NCBI GenBank assembly: GCA_964394435.1
Contig: CAYMXN010000002.1
Span: forward strand, 206,196-270,195
Origin: an uncultured Candidatus Saccharibacteria bacterium
GTDB taxonomy: Bacteria > Patescibacteriota > Minisyncoccia > UBA6257 > 1-14-0-10-44-23
DNA: 64,000 bases
Direction: 5' to 3'
In this document: piece by piece, positions 58,565 through 64,000 of the stretch
How the letters are laid out: each line of letters starts with the position of its first letter
How positions within the stretch are numbered: position 1 is the first letter of the stretch
Program-made: the position numbers and the translations under genes
Notes under the pieces: generated by a model
What the model was told of the DNA's origin: nothing
The model's input: only the letters and a program-made list of their open reading frames with translations
Databases searched by the model: none

Positions 58565-60736
58565 ATGGCTGAATTAGAGAAGAATTATAACCCGCAGGAG
58601 GCCGAACCTCGTATTTATAAGCTCTGGGAGGAGTCGGGGTATTTTAATCCGGAAAAGATGATTGCGGATGGGTTAACTAAGTCAGATGCTAAGCCGTTTA
58701 CGATTATGATGCCACCACCAAATGTGACCGGTGTGCTCCATATGGGTCACGCGATGATGTTAACGCTAGAGGATATTATGATTCGCTATCACCGTATGAA
58801 AGGTGATCGGACACTTTGGGTGCCGGGTACCGACCATGCCGCTATCGCGACGCAGGCGCGTGTAGAAAAAGATATTCAAAAAACCGAGGATAAGTCGCGT
58901 TATGACTTAGGACGCGAAGAGCTCGTAAAGCGTATTGAGGCGTTCGCGCTACAAAGCAAGCAAACTATTTTAGAACAGGTAAAGACGATGGGTGCGTCGT
59001 GTGATTGGAGCCGGCTCGTATATACGCTAGATGAGGGGCCTTCCAAAGCCGTTCGGATGGTGTTTAAGCAGATGTATGATGACGGACTGATTTATCGGGG
59101 TAATCGTATTGTGAACTGGGACCCGAAGGGTCAGACGACGATTGCGGATGATGAGATTGTGTATGAGAGTCGTAAAGCAAAGCTCTATACGTTTAAATAC
59201 AGTAAAAATTTTCCGATTGAGATCTCGACGACTCGTCCGGAGACAAAAGTAGGTGATACGGCAGTCGCGGTGAATCCGAACGATGCGCGCTATCAGCAGT
59301 ATGTTGGTAAAACATATGAGTTAGTTTTCTGTGGTGTACCACTCAAGATTAAGGTAGTTGCTGATGAGGGGGTGGATATGGCCTTTGGCACGGGCGCACT
59401 TGGCGTAACGCCGGCGCACAGTCAGATTGATTGGGAGATAGCGCAAAAGAATGATCTTGAGGTGAAGCAGGTAATTAGCGAGCGCGCCAAGATGATAAAT
59501 GTGGGCGGTGAGCTGGAGGGTAAAAAGGTACTCGAGGCGCGCGAGTTAATCGTAGCGTGGCTTAAGAGTGAGGGTTTGCTTAGCAAAGAAGAAGAGATTG
59601 ATCAGAATGTCGCAACCGCGGAGCGTACGGGTGGTGTTGTTGAGCCGCTTCCAAAGCTCCAATGGTTTGTGGCGGTGAATAAAGAGTTTAAGTCTCGCAA
59701 TCAGGGCTTCTTGAAGTCGCTTTTTGGCGGGAAGACGACGCTCAAACAGATTATGCGTGAGGCGGTTAGTAGCGGGCAGGTGGATATTATGCCCGATCAT
59801 TTTAAAAAGATTTATTTCCACTGGATTGAGAATCTACGTGATTGGTGTATCAGCCGTCAGATTTGGTTTGGCCACCGGGTGCCGGTTTGGTATAAGGGTG
59901 AAGAGATTGTCGTTGGCGAGGCTCCTGCAGGTGAAGGATGGAAGCAGGATGAAGACACCCTCGACACGTGGTTTAGTTCGGGTATGTGGACGTTTTCCGC
60001 ACTTGGCTGGCCAGACAAGCTTGATGACTTAAAGATTTATCACCCGACCGACGTGCTCGAGACGGGGTACGAGATTATCTTCTTCTGGGTGGCACGTATG
60101 ATTTTGATGAGTGGGTATGTGCTTGGTGAAGTGCCATTTAAGAAGGTTTATTTCCACGGGACGGTACGTGATGATAAGGGGAGGAAGATGAGTAAGAGTT
60201 TAGGTAATGGCATCGACCCGATGGATGTGGCAAAAGAGTTTGGAACTGATGCCGGACGTATGGCGTTGGTAATCGGAACTTCGGCGGGAACGGATCAAAA
60301 AATTAGCAAAGATAAAATTAAGGGGTATAAGCATTTTGCGAATAAGCTCTGGAATATCAGCCGGTTTGTGCTTATGAACGCAGATGGTTTGGATATGGCA
60401 GCCGCTTTATCTGAGAAGGATGCGTCTTTGATTAAAGTATTTGAGGGTATTAAGTCAGAAGTTGCTACTCATATCGAGGCGTTTGAGTTTCACTTGGCGG
60501 GAGAAAAGGCGTATCACTATGTGTGGCATACATTTGCTGATGTGATTATCGAAGAGAGCAAGGCGGCGTTGATGGGGGGTGATGAGACCGCGAAGCGTTC
60601 GGCGCAGCGTATGGTAATGGAGATTTTGACCGGTTCGATGAAGATACTGCATCCGTTTATGCCGTTTGTGACTGAAGAGATTTGGAGTAAGTTGCCAATT
60701 GTGGATAAGAAATTATTAATGGTAACTAAGTGGTAA
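58565..60736 (+). CDS. valS: Valine--tRNA ligase lacking C-terminal coiled coil
   Basis: PPPNVTG.LHMGH, DWCISRQIWFGH, DTWFSS, KMSKS; 723 aa. Confidence 0.96.
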   Translation: MAELEKNYNPQEAEPRIYKLWEESGYFNPEKMIADGLTKSDAKPFTIMMPPPNVTGVLHMGHAMMLTLEDIMIRYHRMKGDRTLWVPGTDHAAIATQARVEKDIQKTEDKSRYDLGREELVKRIEAFALQSKQTILEQVKTMGASCDWSRLVYTLDEGPSKAVRMVFKQMYDDGLIYRGNRIVNWDPKGQTTIADDEIVYESRKAKLYTFKYSKNFPIEISTTRPETKVGDTAVAVNPNDARYQQYVGKTYELVFCGVPLKIKVVADEGVDMAFGTGALGVTPAHSQIDWEIAQKNDLEVKQVISERAKMINVGGELEGKKVLEARELIVAWLKSEGLLSKEEEIDQNVATAERTGGVVEPLPKLQWFVAVNKEFKSRNQGFLKSLFGGKTTLKQIMREAVSSGQVDIMPDHFKKIYFHWIENLRDWCISRQIWFGHRVPVWYKGEEIVVGEAPAGEGWKQDEDTLDTWFSSGMWTFSALGWPDKLDDLKIYHPTDVLETGYEIIFFWVARMILMSGYVLGEVPFKKVYFHGTVRDDKGRKMSKSLGNGIDPMDVAKEFGTDAGRMALVIGTSAGTDQKISKDKIKGYKHFANKLWNISRFVLMNADGLDMAAALSEKDASLIKVFEGIKSEVATHIEAFEFHLAGEKAYHYVWHTFADVIIEESKAALMGGDETAKRSAQRMVMEILTGSMKILHPFMPFVTEEIWSKLPIVDKKLLMVTKW

Positions 60737-60740
60737 GTAT

Positions 60741-61058
60741 ATGGTTGAACGCACGCCATCGCCGGAAATTTCAGATGCCGAGCTTGTTGAGGCGCTTAGA
60801 TCACGTGGGATAAACGATTTGGAGGTGATTGGCCTGCTATTTAGTTGGACGATGCAGGAAGAGGCGAAGGTTGGAAGAGCTCCTCGTGACGGAGTTGAAT
60901 TTAATATTCGCAGAGGAAAGATTTATGTAGCTGCCGGGTATCACGAAGAGGCTCTCGAGATGTTTCAAGATGCTCTTTTACAGGCCGAGCAGGAAGTAAT
61001 TCCCGATCTCTGCGAGTATCTTGCGCTTGTCATTAAGACGATGAATGAACGGAGATAG
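60741..61058 (+). CDS. Hypothetical helical (TPR-like) protein
   Basis: ORF 4 nt after valS; RGKIY..AG..EEALE pattern. Confidence 0.55.
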   Translation: MVERTPSPEISDAELVEALRSRGINDLEVIGLLFSWTMQEEAKVGRAPRDGVEFNIRRGKIYVAAGYHEEALEMFQDALLQAEQEVIPDLCEYLALVIKTMNERR

Positions 61059-61100
61059 GACAGAGGGCGCCGGTAGTTTCTGGGTGATATACTTATAGTA

Positions 61101-61793
61101 ATGCTGCATCCGTTTCTTATTACTGGACTCGGACTTTTGCCAAGCTTAATTTGGCTGATTTTCTATTTACAGGAAGACCGGAAACATCCCGAGCCGCTGC
61201 GTATGATTATATACGCCTTTGTCTTGGGTGGGCTGATGACTTTTTTTGCGCTTGTCTTACAGATTTTGTTGCGTTTGGTGCTGTATGAAAATGGCGTGCC
61301 CGCACATAGCGAGATAGAGCTCGCGGTGTTTTCAGTGGTTGAAGAGGTGTTGAAGTTTTTAGCCGTATTTATCTTTATTCGCAAGCGACAGGAGTTTGAT
61401 GAGCCACTGGATGCGATGATTTATATGATTATCGTCTCCTTGGGATTTGCAGCCGTGGAAAATATCGCCTCGCTTGGACAGTATTCGAATGGCGTGAGTG
61501 GGCTTATCGGGATTACTACGATGGAGGCGGTGGCGTTACGCTTTTTTGGCGCGACCGTGCTGCATAGCGTTTCTTCAGGATTGCTTGGGTATCATTGGGC
61601 TATGGGTATTGAGCGACGCAGGGCGGTTGGATGGTATATCGCCGTTGGTCTTGGGGTAGCTATCTCTCTGCACACGCTTTTCAACTATCTGATTATTAAG
61701 ACGGGGCCGGGGAGCTGGGCGATCGCGTTTACGGTCTTTATCGCATTTTTCCTTTTAGCTGATTTTGAGACGCTTAAGGCGACTGATGATTAA
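61101..61793 (+). CDS. PrsW-family intramembrane metalloprotease
   Basis: EEVLKF, GFAAVEN, HSVSS, HTLFN. Confidence 0.92.
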   Translation: MLHPFLITGLGLLPSLIWLIFYLQEDRKHPEPLRMIIYAFVLGGLMTFFALVLQILLRLVLYENGVPAHSEIELAVFSVVEEVLKFLAVFIFIRKRQEFDEPLDAMIYMIIVSLGFAAVENIASLGQYSNGVSGLIGITTMEAVALRFFGATVLHSVSSGLLGYHWAMGIERRRAVGWYIAVGLGVAISLHTLFNYLIIKTGPGSWAIAFTVFIAFFLLADFETLKATDD

Positions 61794-61816
61794 TCTTTGA
61801 TGGTATACTTAACGTT

Positions 61817-62296
61817 ATGGATAATGACACGAAGAAATTTTTTGAAGAGTTAGCTTCTGGTGCTCATTTGAAGGCGAAAAAGGAGTCACGAGCCGAAGAA
61901 GAGCATAAAGAGGTTATTGAGCATACCGATGAGCCCTCGCTCGAGGGGAGTATTGCTGATGAGCGCGAGGGGCAGCTTACGATTGATGTGTATCAACGCC
62001 CGGATGCGATTGTGATTGAGTCTCCGATCGCGGGAGTGCGCAGTGATGACTTAGAAATTACGATTACCAGTGAGTCGGTGACGATTCGGGGTAAGCGGGA
62101 GCGGGAAGGGGCGATTAGTGATGAGGATTACTTTTATCAGGAGTGTTATTGGGGAAGGTTTTCCCGTTCGGTCATCTTGCCGCAGGAAATCGACCCGGAT
62201 AGCTCGGAAGCGAGCATTAAAAACGGGGTTTTGACCCTGGTGATGCCTAAAGTAAACAAGGCGAAGCAGAAAAAGCTTAAGGTAAAGATAGATTAG
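61817..62296 (+). CDS. Hsp20/alpha-crystallin small heat-shock protein
   Basis: IDVYQ, ECYWGRFSRSVILP, NGVLTLVMPK. Confidence 0.93.
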   Translation: MDNDTKKFFEELASGAHLKAKKESRAEEEHKEVIEHTDEPSLEGSIADEREGQLTIDVYQRPDAIVIESPIAGVRSDDLEITITSESVTIRGKREREGAISDEDYFYQECYWGRFSRSVILPQEIDPDSSEASIKNGVLTLVMPKVNKAKQKKLKVKID

Positions 62297-62399
62297 TGGT
62301 GAAAACGCCCGCCAAATGGCGGGCGTTTGATTTTAGCTTAAAAAGCACCCTAGGATAGCCTAAAAACCTAGGTTTTAAGCGGTTCCTTGACGTTTTCTA

Positions 62400-62428
62400 T
62401 TGACAATTGTCTAATTATATGATAGGAT
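62400..62428 (+). promoter_or_regulatory. Promoter of 3D-domain gene
   Basis: TTGACA-17 nt-TAGGAT. Confidence 0.6.
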
Positions 62429-62485
62429 AGAGCTACTAGCAGTAAGTCCCCGTGTATGTGAGGGGATTTTTTGTTAGACAAACCT

Positions 62486-62995
62486 ATGAAAATAAACAAC
62501 CTTTTAATCAGTCTTTCAGCGGCGATTAAGGCGAATTATAAGCCATTAACGGCTCTTATTCTCCTTTTAGTGGCTATCTCTGTGCAAATGGTTTCTGCGG
62601 CTCGCGAAAGCCAGTTTGCAGACAGTGAAGAGCTTCATGATGCGGTTACGCTTACTGCCGAGACCTCACTCGCTCCTAAACAGGAGGTGGTGAAGATCCG
62701 CGCAACGGCGTATAACGCTGATGCTGCGCAGACTGACAGTACGCCAGATATTATGGCGAGTGGTAAGAAGGTCTATCCTGGTGCGATCGCGTGTCCACGT
62801 CGTTACCCATTTGGTACGAAAGTAACGATTAATGGTAAGACGTATACGTGTGAGGACCGTATGAATCTTCGCTTCGATGCTTCCTTTGGAAACTCGAAGG
62901 ATGAGCGCTTTGATATCTTGATGGCTACCCGCAAAGAGGCTATCAACTGGGGTATCCGCCATGTTGATGCGACCATCACTATCTACGAGTCATAA
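62486..62995 (+). CDS. 3D-domain cell-wall protein with N-terminal TM
   Basis: ATAYN, QTDSTP.IMASG, PFGTKV, EDRMN, FDI; start placed at ATG 62486. Confidence 0.88.
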   Translation: MKINNLLISLSAAIKANYKPLTALILLLVAISVQMVSAARESQFADSEELHDAVTLTAETSLAPKQEVVKIRATAYNADAAQTDSTPDIMASGKKVYPGAIACPRRYPFGTKVTINGKTYTCEDRMNLRFDASFGNSKDERFDILMATRKEAINWGIRHVDATITIYES

Positions 62996-62999
62996 TGAA

Positions 63000-63031
63000 A
63001 TTAAAACACCCTCTAACGAGGGTGTTTTAAT
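63000..63031. terminator. Bidirectional terminator
   Basis: ATTAAAACACCCTC-TAAC-GAGGGTGTTTTAAT. Confidence 0.85.
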
Positions 63032-63511
63032 TTAGATGTTGGTAAATGCCTTTTTAAGAACAGCGTGCGTGAGGGGAAAGGTGACGAGAGTGTTTTTTGG
63101 ATTCTTGGTGGCAGTAGTTGCTAGGTGTTTGAGATCGTCCGGGTAGAGGAGTTCGATTGAGGCGGTTTCGCGTCGTGGTTTGATGAGGGTTAAGATGTTG
63201 TGCGGAACGGTTAGGAGGTGGGCGTGGAAGGTGCGGCCCGCGGTTTCGATGCGGGCTATCTCGTGTACATTTTTAATGTATCGTTTGATATGTTTAGCTG
63301 CGTGTTCGCCAAGGTGTAATTTAATCGCGCGCTCGAGAGCTTGATTTATTGTTTCTCCTTTTTTGACGTTCGCGTTGGCGCTGAGTTGAAGGACGCCGGC
63401 AAAGCGGCTTGGGCGTAAGTGTTTGTACGTTCCGCGTTTGTGTAAGATAGCGGCGATGCCTTTGCTGGGAATATCGGTAAGAATAAGGAGTCCGACGGAG
63501 AGTTTAACCAT
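63032..63511 (-). CDS. Hypothetical protein (degenerate NUDIX-like pattern)
   Basis: GETINQALERAIKLHLG resembles an inactivated Nudix box; TACACT 6 nt before ATG. Confidence 0.55.
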   Translation of the reverse strand: MVKLSVGLLILTDIPSKGIAAILHKRGTYKHLRPSRFAGVLQLSANANVKKGETINQALERAIKLHLGEHAAKHIKRYIKNVHEIARIETAGRTFHAHLLTVPHNILTLIKPRRETASIELLYPDDLKHLATTATKNPKNTLVTFPLTHAVLKKAFTNI

Positions 63512-63576
63512 AGATATAGTGTAGCAAATAAAAAGCCCGCGCTACATCTTCTGTGATGTGCGCGGGCGGGGGACGG

Positions 63577-64000
63577 TTAGCGCTGGCTCCAAGGGGCTTC
63601 AAACGCCTGGCGGAGCTTATTGAAGAACTGGTTGTTGCTGATGTCGGCGATGAACTTCGCGCGACTGAGCACGATCCACCTCATCCAGAGCGCGATGACC
63701 AGGCAGATCGCTTCGTCTTCGGGGGCTTGGCGTCCGGAGAAGCCGACGAGTATCTGATTCGAGCAGCGAATCGCTCCCTGGTATCGCTCGAGCTGATCGT
63801 TGCGACTCTGGAACGACGACCAGTGGTCGGGGAAGCTGGCGAGGCGGCGTGGTTTCTCTTCGGCAAGCGCTCGGCAGCGCTTGGTCTTGCTCGGATCGGC
63901 GAGCTCTCCGATTTGTGCGCACTCAGCGGGCAAGTCCGGGAAAAGGACGAAGAGGTAACCACCTTTGCGTGTCTTGTCGGGGCTAAGTTCGGTCGCCATT
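63577..64000 (-). CDS. GC-rich hypothetical protein (5' end may lie outside window), possibly GlcG/HbpS-like
   Basis: Open frame with EKPRRL, GAIR, GFSG....DEA; terminator hairpin near 63531-63567. Confidence 0.6.
   Translation of the reverse strand, partial: MATELSPDKTRKGGYLFVLFPDLPAECAQIGELADPSKTKRCRALAEEKPRRLASFPDHWSSFQSRNDQLERYQGAIRCSNQILVGFSGRQAPEDEAICLVIALWMRWIVLSRAKFIADISNNQFFNKLRQAFEAPWSQR

Overview
This 64-kb window is most consistent with a Patescibacteria (CPR, Parcubacteria-like) chromosome. Supporting traits are a divergent stand-alone 16S rRNA, trimmed RpoA, RF1 and ValRS, a type IV pilus locus and many short hypothetical ORFs. Core genes: ftsZ (partial), ftsA, ybeY, rpsU, hisS, lepB, pth, rpmE, prfA, ftsK, iscS, htrA, clpB, the infA-rpmJ-rpsM-rpsK-rpsD-rpoA-rplQ-rplM-rpsI block, tsaD and valS. 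Four things stand out. (1) An amino-acid dehydrogenase, PaaK-like ligase, Rv1355c-type ThiF, nitroreductase-like protein and multi-TM histidine kinase form a cluster that looks like small-molecule (oxazolone-like) signal synthesis plus a receptor. (2) The 16S rRNA lacks the anti-Shine-Dalgarno core, and core genes are SD-less, often leaderless, with U at -1. Yet scattered GC-rich, self-contained cassettes carry strong SD motifs. (3) A Fur-family regulon has a shared operator in front of a ZIP transporter and an ORF-free, multi-hairpin RNA. (4) Two tandem major pilins share 461 identical bp, each with a perfect DnaA box upstream. All calls come from motif recognition by eye; no database searches were run.
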